A stretch of 64,000 nucleotides of DNA, taken from assembly GCA_964530135.1 (NCBI GenBank), contig CAZGXN010000006.1, positions 5,396-69,395 on the forward strand, in the 5' to 3' direction. The DNA is from an uncultured Bdellovibrionales bacterium (lineage in GTDB: Bacteria; Patescibacteriota; Minisyncoccia; Moranbacterales; UBA1568). Shown here piece after piece: positions 11,118-20,008 of the stretch (the stretch's first letter is position 1; every line of letters begins with the position of its first letter). The notes under the pieces are model-generated. The model was not told the DNA's origin, searched no databases, and saw only the letters and a list, made by a program, of their open reading frames with translations. The position numbers were made by a program, and so were the translations under genes.

Positions 11118-11873
11118 GTGCTACCTTGGAAAAGGACTCATACTCAATCGGCTCTGAATACTAAAATATTCAGTTTTAGCCCTATCACGCCCTTCAGCGG
11201 GCGGCTCGATGCACATGATAGGGCATTTCGGTGCTTTTTGAGTGTGAGTCCCGTCGGGTCGTCCACTCAAGTTAGACTTCTCGGCGACTTTATCACTAAG
11301 GTCGCTTTTTATATGAAGAGAATACTAGATGTTGTATTAACAACTCTTTCAGTAGCGTTTTTATTCGCAGGACTCTTTCTGGGGTGGCTCTATGCAGATC
11401 AAAGAATGAGTGTTTCTAGTGGAGAGAACCATTTGGAATTTATTTTGTCAGCAGTTTTTGTTGGTCTTTCAATGGGATATATCTTTTGGAAAACTTGGCA
11501 GAAAGAAAAGCTAAACACTATCGTTGGAAAAGAAAAGTTAAAGGGAATAGGGGGATGGCTAGTGTTGCCGTTACTCGGATTACTTTTTTCAATCATCAAT
11601 GTCTTGAATGAGGCCAGTAATTCAGCGGGTTATTCCATAGCAATTTTATATCTGGTCGTACTCGTTGCGTTTTTATGGAAGTTCAAAATAGCAGTTCCTC
11701 TTACCATTGTGTTTCTCTTCGTTAACTTCCTGATCTCTCTTTCTGTTGGAAGTAGCCTAGAGGTGATGAGAGACGGAGCTTTGTTGGCAATCTGGGGACT
11801 GTACTTCATAAAGTCAGTAAGAGTAAAACAGACTTTCATAAGAACTCTATCTAATGCCGAAGAAAAGGCATGA
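11118..11873 (+). CDS. hypothetical multi-pass membrane protein (true start probably internal, near 11315)
   Basis: Hydrophobic helices; AT-rich; no motif. Confidence 0.3.
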   Translation: MLPWKRTHTQSALNTKIFSFSPITPFSGRLDAHDRAFRCFLSVSPVGSSTQVRLLGDFITKVAFYMKRILDVVLTTLSVAFLFAGLFLGWLYADQRMSVSSGENHLEFILSAVFVGLSMGYIFWKTWQKEKLNTIVGKEKLKGIGGWLVLPLLGLLFSIINVLNEASNSAGYSIAILYLVVLVAFLWKFKIAVPLTIVFLFVNFLISLSVGSSLEVMRDGALLAIWGLYFIKSVRVKQTFIRTLSNAEEKA

Positions 11874-12390
11874 AGCTTTATTTTGGGTACCCACTGCATG
11901 GGTGGGTCATATTAGTGGTTTGGATTGGTATAGTAATTTATGGCATGCACGCTAAAATCAATGATCCATCGCCGAGTTGCTTCCTTGATCCAAGGTCGAG
12001 TTTCGGGGATGAATGTGATGAGTAGCTTATGCTTTCGATAGATGAGTGTAGGGAGTTAATATCAGGCAGTGAAAAGTTCACCGACAAGCAGGTAGAAGAG
12101 ATTAGGGAAGATCTTTACGGTTTGGCTGAGCTAGCACTCGAGAGCTATTTTAAGAAGAAAGGGAAGGCTAGTAGGCTTGAGGAAGCCTAACTTTTCCCTA
12201 TTAATAGGGGATGTACAGAAGGAAGAATTTGTGGCATACTTGGAGCAAATAGAAATAAATACCACCCTAAAAATACTCGAAGTACGGAAAGAGCCATAGA
12301 AGGATTATACTAACCCAACTATTCCACGCTCCGCACCTTTGAAAAGCGGGGTGTTTTATTTTATAAGTATGAAAATTGAAAATCTAGGCT

Positions 12391-13311
12391 ATGTATAAAA
12401 TACTTTCTATCGATGGTGGAGGAATCAAAGGTGTGTTTCCCGCCTCTTTTCTTGCCTCAGTTGAAGAGACTCTAGGAGAGGATATTGCAGAGTACTTTGA
12501 TTTAATTGTAGGAACTTCGACAGGAGGCATCATTGCTATTGCGCTTGGATTAGGTATCAGCCCTAGAGATATTCTTAGTTTCTACGAAAAACATGGCCCG
12601 CAGATATTCAAGGGAAATAGTATTTACCGAATGCTCCGGCATTTTGGATACCCGAAATACGAAAGAGAACCTTTGGAGAAGGCTCTTAGGGAGATCTTTG
12701 GAGACAGGAAATTAGGTGATAGCAGTAAGAGGCTAGTTATTCCAAGTTTTAATCTTAGTACTGGAGAGGTGTATGTTTATAAGACTGCACACCATGAGAG
12801 GCTCCAGAGGGACTATAAGGAATTTGCGGTTGATGTTGCCTTAGCGACATCTGCCGCTCCCACATATTTTCCTACGTTTACAACATCTGCAGAAATTCCT
12901 CTCGTAGATGGGGGAATATGGGCGAATAATCCCATGGGGATGAGTGCTGTGGAGGGAATAGGGATACTTTCTTGGCCAAGGGAGGAGATAAAAATACTGA
13001 GCATCGGTTGCACCGCTGAGACTTTAAATGTGAGCAATGATGGGGGAAAGATTCCGTGGGCATTAAAGCTCGCTGATGTTTTTATGGCCTCACAATCTTC
13101 TGCTTCCTTGGGAACCGCACAGCTCTTAGTAGGACACGAAAATGTAAAGAGAATTAATCCCGTAGTCCCAAATCGTCGATTCGGTATTGATGTAGTCAAG
13201 GGAATCAGTGCTCTTAAAGGGCTAGGATCTTCAGAGGCAAGAAAAGAGTATCCGAACATTCAAATATTTTTTCAAGAAAAGGCAGAATCATTTGAGCCGA
13301 TTTACCGATAA
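12391..13311 (+). CDS. patatin-like phospholipase (CapV-like candidate effector)
   Basis: Oxyanion hole SIDGGGIKG, nucleophile elbow GTSTGG, catalytic Asp in VDGG (patatin Ser-Asp dyad). Confidence 0.85.
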   Translation: MYKILSIDGGGIKGVFPASFLASVEETLGEDIAEYFDLIVGTSTGGIIAIALGLGISPRDILSFYEKHGPQIFKGNSIYRMLRHFGYPKYEREPLEKALREIFGDRKLGDSSKRLVIPSFNLSTGEVYVYKTAHHERLQRDYKEFAVDVALATSAAPTYFPTFTTSAEIPLVDGGIWANNPMGMSAVEGIGILSWPREEIKILSIGCTAETLNVSNDGGKIPWALKLADVFMASQSSASLGTAQLLVGHENVKRINPVVPNRRFGIDVVKGISALKGLGSSEARKEYPNIQIFFQEKAESFEPIYR

Positions 13312-14716
13312 AATTATGAAGCTTGAAAAAGTATTTAATTATTTTCTGGAGAACGTAGTAAATTTGAATAAGAGTAGATTTGATGTGGCTGAGGCTGGAA
13401 TAGATACTATTTCAAGTATTCTAGAGAACGATGATGTTTTTGGAGAACTATTTGTTGGTGCAGAACCACAAGGATCTTTTAGGCAGGAAACAATTATTAA
13501 ACCTGTGGATGCAGGAAAGGATTTTGATGTCGATTTATTGTTTGAAGTGGTGCCAGTAGACGGATGGGAACCAAAAGATTATCTTTTAAATTTATCTTCC
13601 CAGTTGAAGAAAATACCAAGGTACGAAAAACTTGTTGATACGAGAGGAAAAACACGTTGTGTAACCATAGACTATGAAAGTGATTTTCACATCGACATAG
13701 TGCCTACGGTTCAAACCGATTCTGGTAACGTTATTTTCAATAGAGAGACCAATGAAGTAGAGCCAACCGACGGAGATGGATATGCTCAATGGTTTACGAG
13801 TAAGAATGAAGTTACGGGAAAGAAACTTTTGGTGAAAGTTGTTCGACTGATTAAGTATATTCGGGATGCAGATAAAAAGTTTGATGCAAAATCTATTCTA
13901 CTGACGACGTTGCTCGGTAACCAAGTTTTTTATGATGATGAAAGAGCTAAGTTCTACCCAGATTTGCCGACAGCGTTTGTGGTTATTCTTTCTCGCCTAG
14001 ATGCTTTTCTGCAGGCAAACCCTACGATGCCAGAGATTGGAAACCCTGTTTTACCTACAGAGCCTTCTTTTAATCGGAAATGGGATCAAGAGAAATATGA
14101 GAAATTTCGCAGTAGTATCCACGAATATTCTTTAAATGCTATAGATGCTATTCAAGAGCCTAGCGAAGAAAAATCTTTGCAAAAGTGGCAGAAGATTTTT
14201 GGAGAAAAATTTAGAATCCCTAATACCCAAAGTACTTTAGCAGTGAGGGAATCTTTTCCTCTAGGATTTGTAATCGGAGACTATTCCCATAGGATCAAAC
14301 TTTCTGATATTGGAATTAGTAGCTCTGTGTCGCGTCACATCCCTATTAGAATAAGTGCATCGTTATATTTTGGACTGTCTGATACAAAAGAAATGAATCG
14401 TAGATTTCAGCGAACTCTTGTGAGCGGTACCGAAGTTCCTCCTATGCACTGGATAAAGTATGAGATAAAAACTCCAGTTGAGCACGGACAGGAGGTGTAT
14501 TGGCAGGTTGTTAACACCGGAGCTCATGCGCGCGAAAAGGGCCAATTAAGAGGAGGTATTGAATATGGTGGACTGGTAAAGTGGGAAAGAAGTCTTTATA
14601 CAGGAGTGCATTGGGTGGAGTGCTACTTGGTAGATTCAGTTAATAGGGAATGCGTAGGGAAAAGTGATCCATTTTTTGTTGTATTTAATAATTCCAGCTT
14701 TTCATTCCGATTATAG
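13292..14716 (+). CDS. cGAS/DncV-like nucleotidyltransferase (CD-NTase-like, Pol-beta superfamily); overlaps patatin gene by 20 nt
   Basis: QGSFRQETIIKP...DFDVDLLF (GS then [DE]h[DE]h) and third acidic residue in DFHIDIVP about 55 aa downstream; about 220-aa C-terminal extension of unknown fold. Confidence 0.55.
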   Translation: MSRFTDKIMKLEKVFNYFLENVVNLNKSRFDVAEAGIDTISSILENDDVFGELFVGAEPQGSFRQETIIKPVDAGKDFDVDLLFEVVPVDGWEPKDYLLNLSSQLKKIPRYEKLVDTRGKTRCVTIDYESDFHIDIVPTVQTDSGNVIFNRETNEVEPTDGDGYAQWFTSKNEVTGKKLLVKVVRLIKYIRDADKKFDAKSILLTTLLGNQVFYDDERAKFYPDLPTAFVVILSRLDAFLQANPTMPEIGNPVLPTEPSFNRKWDQEKYEKFRSSIHEYSLNAIDAIQEPSEEKSLQKWQKIFGEKFRIPNTQSTLAVRESFPLGFVIGDYSHRIKLSDIGISSSVSRHIPIRISASLYFGLSDTKEMNRRFQRTLVSGTEVPPMHWIKYEIKTPVEHGQEVYWQVVNTGAHAREKGQLRGGIEYGGLVKWERSLYTGVHWVECYLVDSVNRECVGKSDPFFVVFNNSSFSFRL

Positions 14717-14735
14717 TGTCTATTAAATACTGCTT

Positions 14736-15662
14736 ATGAAACTCGTAATTGAGTGTTTAGTGGAGTCTAATATTAGGCTTGGTAGTGAATTAAGCATTGA
14801 AAAAGAAGGAAAACTTTTTACATTCTTGGTAAACTCGGAAGGTGCTCTTGAAAAAATTAAAGTGCTTACGCCCATCTCTTATCCGGAGAGGTTTTATTCA
14901 GAAGTTAAAACAAACAGTCCATCTCCCTCTCAGCATGAAATAATTCTTCGAAAGGACGATGATTTGATAGATTCTGTAATTGAAGAACTACAGTCATTGG
15001 AATCTAGTCTCGCTTTTACATATCAAGTCCGAAAATTCCATTGGAATACCCTACAAATAGACCTAGTATGCGAAACTACGGAAGAAAGAAATAGAAACAG
15101 CGTAGTGAGTCTTAAGATGGAGAGCAGGTATCCAGAGTATCCAGTGATAGTAAGTGATGAAGATATGCGCTCTCTAGTCCTTGGGCTTGAGAAGTATAAA
15201 AGCCTCAGCATCTATAAGTCTTTTTACAGAGAGGGGCACAATGATTTTACGTCGTTCAGATACATAAACGCTTTCTACAACTATTACTTTATATTGGAGG
15301 GGATGTTTAGTGGTGGTGAAACACGCAACACAAAAGTAGAGCAAGAGTTTTATAAATCAGAAATACTAACAAGGCATGTGCAGGAGCTTATACAGATTTT
15401 GGAAAAGAAGCATCCAAGACATCTGAAGAACATTAAGAAAATGTTGGATAAGAGAAACCAAGAATTAAGTGTGAAGGGGATTATATCTCTCATCGTAAAA
15501 GTTCGTGGGGATTTGCATCATTTTTTCAATAATAAAAATAAAATTGAGCCAACTCCGTTTAATCAGAAAGCCTTTGAGTCAATTGCTTTAGTAATGCTTT
15601 TTCTATCGTGTAGTTCTATTCTAGGAAGAGTAGTTGAGATAAATCAAGAAAAAAATATATAG
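14736..15662 (+). CDS. hypothetical protein, third gene of the patatin-NTase operon, no recognisable motif
   Basis: 20-nt gap from the NTase gene; no Walker motifs, no E1/E2 Cys motifs, no HORMA-like features seen. Confidence 0.45.
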   Translation: MKLVIECLVESNIRLGSELSIEKEGKLFTFLVNSEGALEKIKVLTPISYPERFYSEVKTNSPSPSQHEIILRKDDDLIDSVIEELQSLESSLAFTYQVRKFHWNTLQIDLVCETTEERNRNSVVSLKMESRYPEYPVIVSDEDMRSLVLGLEKYKSLSIYKSFYREGHNDFTSFRYINAFYNYYFILEGMFSGGETRNTKVEQEFYKSEILTRHVQELIQILEKKHPRHLKNIKKMLDKRNQELSVKGIISLIVKVRGDLHHFFNNKNKIEPTPFNQKAFESIALVMLFLSCSSILGRVVEINQEKNI

Positions 15663-15668
15663 CTTTGT

Positions 15669-16502
15669 ATGGATAAAGATCAAATAGAAAAAGTTCTCCT
15701 AGAAAAGTCTAGGATAGGCGGCCTCTTAACTGAGCTAGAAGTGGCCGGAATCTTTAAAAAGCATGGCTTTAGGTTAGAGCTCAATAAGTACTATAACGAC
15801 ATCGATGAAGGAAAAGGCAGAGAGATTGATTTGGTCGCCACATTCTCTAGGAAAACAGATACAGATGAAGAAGATTATCTTGAGATGGTTTTTAAATTTA
15901 TTGTTGAGATAAAGAGATCTGAAAAGCCCTGGGTCTTCACAACATTTCCGGCAGATGATTTTCATGAAAAAGAGAGTCCATTTTTTAGATTTGAAAGTGA
16001 AAACTTTGATAAGTTAACTCTGGCAGAAGCTTTTTTTGGTACCCTTAAAGAGATTGAAGATGAAAGGTTGGGAAGAAACTTTGCTGTAATAGATCCTAAA
16101 GAGCAAAAGAAAGAAAATGATACCCCTATCTTCTCTGCATTATTCTCTGTGGCCAAGGCCTTTTATGCAGAGCATTTCTTAGACAGTTATATAAAGCAAG
16201 GGAAGGATAAATTGTCTGAAAAGATATTCGAGTACCATGAACTGTTAGTTGTTGTCGACGCACCAATTTACGAAGTGTTTATCGAAGATGGTAAGGAAAA
16301 GATCCAAAGAGTTAGTGAGCTTCTTGTCGCTTTCAACTACACATCACCTAAATATGATGAGACCAGTGTATATATCATACGGGTTATAGCAAAAGAGAGT
16401 TTGGACGACTTCCTAGGTATGAGGATGGAAAGTTTCAGAAAGATATCCGAAGAGATTCTTGAGAAAGAGGGTGGAGGCAAGCCTTTTGATGAAGAGGCTT
16501 AG
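15669..16502 (+). CDS. hypothetical protein, fourth gene of the operon; possible PD-(D/E)xK nuclease-like core
   Basis: 7-nt gap from previous gene; GREIDLVATF ... about 25 aa ... IVEIKRSEKPWVF fits a D...ExK pattern (weak, by eye). Confidence 0.4.
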   Translation: MDKDQIEKVLLEKSRIGGLLTELEVAGIFKKHGFRLELNKYYNDIDEGKGREIDLVATFSRKTDTDEEDYLEMVFKFIVEIKRSEKPWVFTTFPADDFHEKESPFFRFESENFDKLTLAEAFFGTLKEIEDERLGRNFAVIDPKEQKKENDTPIFSALFSVAKAFYAEHFLDSYIKQGKDKLSEKIFEYHELLVVVDAPIYEVFIEDGKEKIQRVSELLVAFNYTSPKYDETSVYIIRVIAKESLDDFLGMRMESFRKISEEILEKEGGGKPFDEEA

Positions 16503-16609
16503 GTTGATATGTATGTTTCCTCTAGTAATTCTCTCGTCTGCTTGAAGCACATCTCGAAGTTTGGATACGAGGGAAGGGGATCAGAATTTCCGAAAACATC
16601 CCATCTTGT

Positions 16610-16678
16610 GAGCAGCTAAAAACAGGGCTTAAGTGAGCCTTGTTTTTTGTTATCCAAAGTGAGGGTTAGAACCAAGAG
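16610..16678 (+). repeat. att-like motif copy 2: gagcagctaaaaacagggcttaagtgagccttgttttttgttatccaaagtgagggttagaaccaagag
   Basis: About 85% identical over ~70 nt to copy at 24817-24888; contains tRNA 3'-end GAGCA + hairpin + TTTTTTGTTA. Confidence 0.55.
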
Positions 16679-16782
16679 ATAGACAAAAGAATAAAAATGT
16701 AGCACAATGTCCTGTTGCAAGTTAATGACTTTTGCAGCAGCTATACTCCTAGCGAAAAGGAGGATTCCACAGAGGAGTTGCC

Positions 16783-17217
16783 ATGGCCACAAGAGGCTGC
16801 GGTATCGTTTTCTACAACCCACGGAAAGACGCGGTTCTGGTCTTTCGTCGGGACAACAAGGACTGGATTCCCTTCCCGAACATGCTCGACCTCCTCGGTG
16901 GGCATGTGGAAGAAGGAGAAACCCCGGAAGAGGCCGCCGTTCGTGAAATGGCCGAAGAACTCATCGACCTGCGAACGGGACAGGAATATGTGTTGGAGCG
17001 GCACCAGCTGTTCCTTCGCTACACCGATGCACGGGATTGCGAGCAAAGCATTTTCGTGTGCGACGTGAACTTCGACCTCACGGACCTGCGTCTTCTCGAA
17101 GGCAAGGAACTGGTCTGGGTGTCACGGCAGGAAATCGAAGATGGTCTCAAGATGGCCTTCGAGTTCGGGAACGTGCTGAAGCAGTTCTTTGCAAATCGGT
17201 CCGCTGAAGCCATCTGA
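16783..17217 (+). CDS. NUDIX hydrolase
   Basis: Nudix box GGHVEEGETPEEAAVREMAEEL; markedly GC-rich relative to neighbours. Confidence 0.75.
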   Translation: MATRGCGIVFYNPRKDAVLVFRRDNKDWIPFPNMLDLLGGHVEEGETPEEAAVREMAEELIDLRTGQEYVLERHQLFLRYTDARDCEQSIFVCDVNFDLTDLRLLEGKELVWVSRQEIEDGLKMAFEFGNVLKQFFANRSAEAI

Positions 17218-17327
17218 CCAACGACTGTCTGTCGGCCTGCACAACCGCCCATCGTAAACCCTCACAGGTATCGGTGTGGCGGCTTTTTTTATCTAAAAAT
17301 TGAAATCAGGCATATAAACTAATCCTT

Positions 17328-17372
17328 CTTGTTTCTGAACAGCGGTTCTAACGTCCTTCACGATGCGGAGCA
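17328..17372 (+). repeat. 45-nt repeat A (cttgtttctgaacagcggttctaacgtccttcacgatgcggagca), degenerate tRNA 3'-half-like; second copy at 26033
   Basis: 42/45 identity with 26033-26077; resembles ggttcgaatcctgtcgccggagca of tRNA-Asn. Confidence 0.5.
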
Positions 17373-17554
17373 TAAATGAAAAAAAGTCCTCGCTTGAGGG
17401 TTTTTTTCATTTCTATTCAAGGCGACAGGATGAGAACGGGAAGGGGTCGGGAAACGGGAGTTTCCAGTTTGGGGTGACCGAGTCCTCGAGGGCTAGAGGG
17501 CGGAAGTCCTATAGAGTGCATCCGCCAGCTGGCGGAGAGCAGTGAGTGTTCCTA

Positions 17555-17606
17555 TCGCCGGAGCAACTAAAACAAGGCTGTGAAAAGCCTTGTTTTTTGT
17601 TACCCT
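17555..17606 (+). repeat. att-like motif copy 3: tcgccggagcaactaaaacaaggctgtgaaaagccttgttttttgttaccc
   Basis: Exact tRNA-Asn 3' end tcgccggagca followed by terminator-like hairpin. Confidence 0.55.
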
Positions 17607-17658
17607 GATAGGCTGGTAGAGCTTATGATATAATCTAGCTATAAAAAAATTAAAAAAC

Positions 17659-18423
17659 ATGAACATACAGAAAAGTAGTATTATAATAGTCCTCGTTGTT
17701 GTTATAGTGGCCGGTTTGTTCGGATGGATGTTTTCATGGCAGCCATGGAAATCTGTGCAACAAGTAGATCAGGCTCGAATTAGTATGCCTGATAATCAGC
17801 CAACGGAGTTAGATCCAGAAAAACGGCCGTCCCTTAGTCGGCCGATAGATAAAAGAGAGGATAGAAATTATATTGGAAAAAGTGTTGAAGAGTGCTCTCG
17901 TGTTCAGGTCTTCTGTGTCGAGGGACTTGAGCGTTTCGATGACGAGACTGGGTGTGGTTGTCAGTCAATGGGGAGTATTCCGACAGACTGGAAACTCTAT
18001 TCGAGTGATACCATCAGTTTTTCAATGTATTATGATCCATCACTCACTTTTCAGGAAGATTCAAAAACTGACGTGAGATTTTATAAGCAGGGACCGACAC
18101 AACGAGGGCAGACGGAAATGTATGATGGAATGATTGTTTCGATCCGTAAAGTGAGTGTTGATGATGGAGGACAAGTATACATAGATGATCAGATAGAACA
18201 ATATAAAAATGTTGGGAATATTACCGTACCGCTCCATGAGGGTAAACTCAACGGCATTTCAGTGAAAGAATACAGCGCGTCTGGGCTCGGTGATTCTACA
18301 ATAATTTTTGTTCCAGTGGATAATCGGACACTCTTGGAAGTTTCTTATATGGCACCGGATCCAACCAATGCTGGATTTCAAAAAACGATTGATTTGATGC
18401 TTTCAACCTTTAGTCTTAGATAA
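17659..18423 (+). CDS. hypothetical N-terminally membrane-anchored / secreted protein
   Basis: Single N-terminal TM helix, then hydrophilic domain with Cys pairs (CSRVQVFCVEG, CGCQS). Confidence 0.4.
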   Translation: MNIQKSSIIIVLVVVIVAGLFGWMFSWQPWKSVQQVDQARISMPDNQPTELDPEKRPSLSRPIDKREDRNYIGKSVEECSRVQVFCVEGLERFDDETGCGCQSMGSIPTDWKLYSSDTISFSMYYDPSLTFQEDSKTDVRFYKQGPTQRGQTEMYDGMIVSIRKVSVDDGGQVYIDDQIEQYKNVGNITVPLHEGKLNGISVKEYSASGLGDSTIIFVPVDNRTLLEVSYMAPDPTNAGFQKTIDLMLSTFSLR

Positions 18424-18495
18424 GAGTGTTTTTCAAGTTTTTGGATTATTCTTGCCATACCTCCCCAATCCAAAGTTCTAAAGCTGTCCACTAAG

Positions 18496-18543
18496 GGGAG
18501 CAAAGAAAATAGAGGCTTTTTTGAGCCTCTATTTTTGTTACCC
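18496..18543 (+). repeat. att-like motif copy 4 (diverged): ggggagcaaagaaaatagaggcttttttgagcctctatttttgttaccc
   Basis: Same architecture gGAGCA - hairpin - TTTTTGTTACCC. Confidence 0.4.
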
Positions 18544-18593
18544 ACAATGGACAATAGAACTTGATATACTGATGAGATAGAATAATTATTTCC

Positions 18594-19136
18594 GTGCAAA
18601 CTATGTCAGACATTCAAGAATGGGAAGAGCTTTCCCGTGAAACAATTTTTGAGAAATACCGACGTGGTATCGAGAAAGTAGTTTTCCGATTGCCAGACGG
18701 CTCTGAGCGCGATTTTTATCTCAAGAAAGAGGATAGCTCGATTTGTGTTCTGGCTTTGACGGAGACGAAGGAGGTTATCCTTGCGAAACAGTTCCGTCCA
18801 GGACCAAAGAAGGTGTTGCTAGAACTTCCAGGAGGTGGAATGGAAAAAGGAGAAACTCCAGAAGAGGCCATAGCGAGAGAGCTTTTAGAAGAGACGGGTT
18901 ATGCGGGAAATATCAAGCGGGTTACTCGGGCGTATGAGTGTGGTTATTCGCCGATGCATCGCTACTGCTTTGTAGCTACAGATTGTAAGAATGTCGCCGA
19001 GCCCAAGCTTGATGATGGAGAGTTTATTGAAGTTGTACTACTCCCATTAGATGAGTTTCGAAGCCTTCTACAAAGCGGAGAGCTTACCGATGTAGAGGTC
19101 GGCTATCTGGGTCTTGATTATCTTGGATTACTTTGA
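18594..19136 (+). CDS. NUDIX hydrolase (ADP-ribose pyrophosphatase-like)
   Basis: Nudix box LPGGGMEKGETPEEAIARELLEETGY. Confidence 0.75.
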   Translation: MQTMSDIQEWEELSRETIFEKYRRGIEKVVFRLPDGSERDFYLKKEDSSICVLALTETKEVILAKQFRPGPKKVLLELPGGGMEKGETPEEAIARELLEETGYAGNIKRVTRAYECGYSPMHRYCFVATDCKNVAEPKLDDGEFIEVVLLPLDEFRSLLQSGELTDVEVGYLGLDYLGLL

Positions 19137-19365
19137 TGAATAGTGAGGACTGGGGTGATACACTCTGCGCACCTTGTTCCATAAACTTCTTCAGGCCGAA
19201 GTAGTAGAACTTTGTGGCCTTACCTTCTTGTATAGAGGTTCTCATAAGCGGCTATCAGGCGGGGAGTAACCAGCAAAAACAGCCTTCATTTGACGGCTGT
19301 TTTTACTATGTAAAGTAGACTTGACATATGGTATGCGTGGTTTATACTGAATATGTAAAGTTGAT

Positions 19366-19584
19366 TTGACATGGAATATGCTGGAAACCGTTGAAAATAC
19401 GATAGAAAACCTGAGAAGAGAGAAAGGGCTGACTCAGGAAGAGCTGGCTCGGGTGGTCGGTGTGACTCGCCAGACGGTTATTGCTCTGGAGAAGGGGAAC
19501 TATACCCCCTCCGTGCTGCTGGCGCTCAAGATCGCCCGGTTTTTTTGTCGGCCTGTGGAACAAATTTTTACCATTAAACCCTGA
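19366..19584 (+). CDS. XRE-family helix-turn-helix transcriptional regulator (small)
   Basis: GLTQEELARVVGVTRQTVIALEKG HTH. Confidence 0.7.
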   Translation: MTWNMLETVENTIENLRREKGLTQEELARVVGVTRQTVIALEKGNYTPSVLLALKIARFFCRPVEQIFTIKP

Positions 19585-19586
19585 GT

Positions 19587-19952
19587 ATGTCTTTGAAACC
19601 TGTTTCAGAAACAGTCGTGACCATTCTTCTTGTTATTTTTCTAGTCTGGTTTGTCAATCCGTTTGGCTTTTGGATGACGGATGCTTTTCATATGACATTA
19701 CTGGGATTGATCGTGACGCTGTTCGCTATTTTCGCCATGTTTTTGTGGAGGGAAATTGTCGTGGATGAACGCGAACAGCTCCATCGCTTCATCGGTACCC
19801 GTTTCGCCTATACGGCCGGTGGCGTGTTGCTTCTCATAGGCATCATCGTGCAGGCGTTCGGCCACCGGATAGATCCGTGGCTGCCGCTTACACTGACTGG
19901 CATGGTTCTGGCCAAAATACTGGGGCGTCTGTATGCGGAGAAGCGTTACTAG
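19587..19952 (+). CDS. small membrane protein (3-4 TM) partnered with the XRE regulator (3-nt gap)
   Basis: Hydrophobic helices; immediately follows XRE gene. Confidence 0.45.
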   Translation: MSLKPVSETVVTILLVIFLVWFVNPFGFWMTDAFHMTLLGLIVTLFAIFAMFLWREIVVDEREQLHRFIGTRFAYTAGGVLLLIGIIVQAFGHRIDPWLPLTLTGMVLAKILGRLYAEKRY

Positions 19953-20008
19953 AAAAAGAGAGAATAAAAAACGTAAACCGAGAAACATATGAAAGGAGGT
20001 GAAACAAT

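Noticed and set aside
14736-16502. Assigning operon genes 3 and 4 as Cap2 (E1/E2) and Cap3 (JAB), or HORMA/TRIP13
   Set aside because: Sizes (308 and 277 aa) and sequences do not fit. There is no Walker A/B for TRIP13, no JAB HxH...S...D motif, no E1 adenylation Gly-rich loop or catalytic Cys context, and HORMA would be about 170 aa.
17363-17545. 60-aa ORF (MRSINEKKSSLEGFF...) starting inside the 45-nt repeat
   Set aside because: Begins within the tRNA-like repeat and spans a short, gene-poor inter-repeat segment; Gly/Arg-rich low-complexity translation; likely non-coding remnant.
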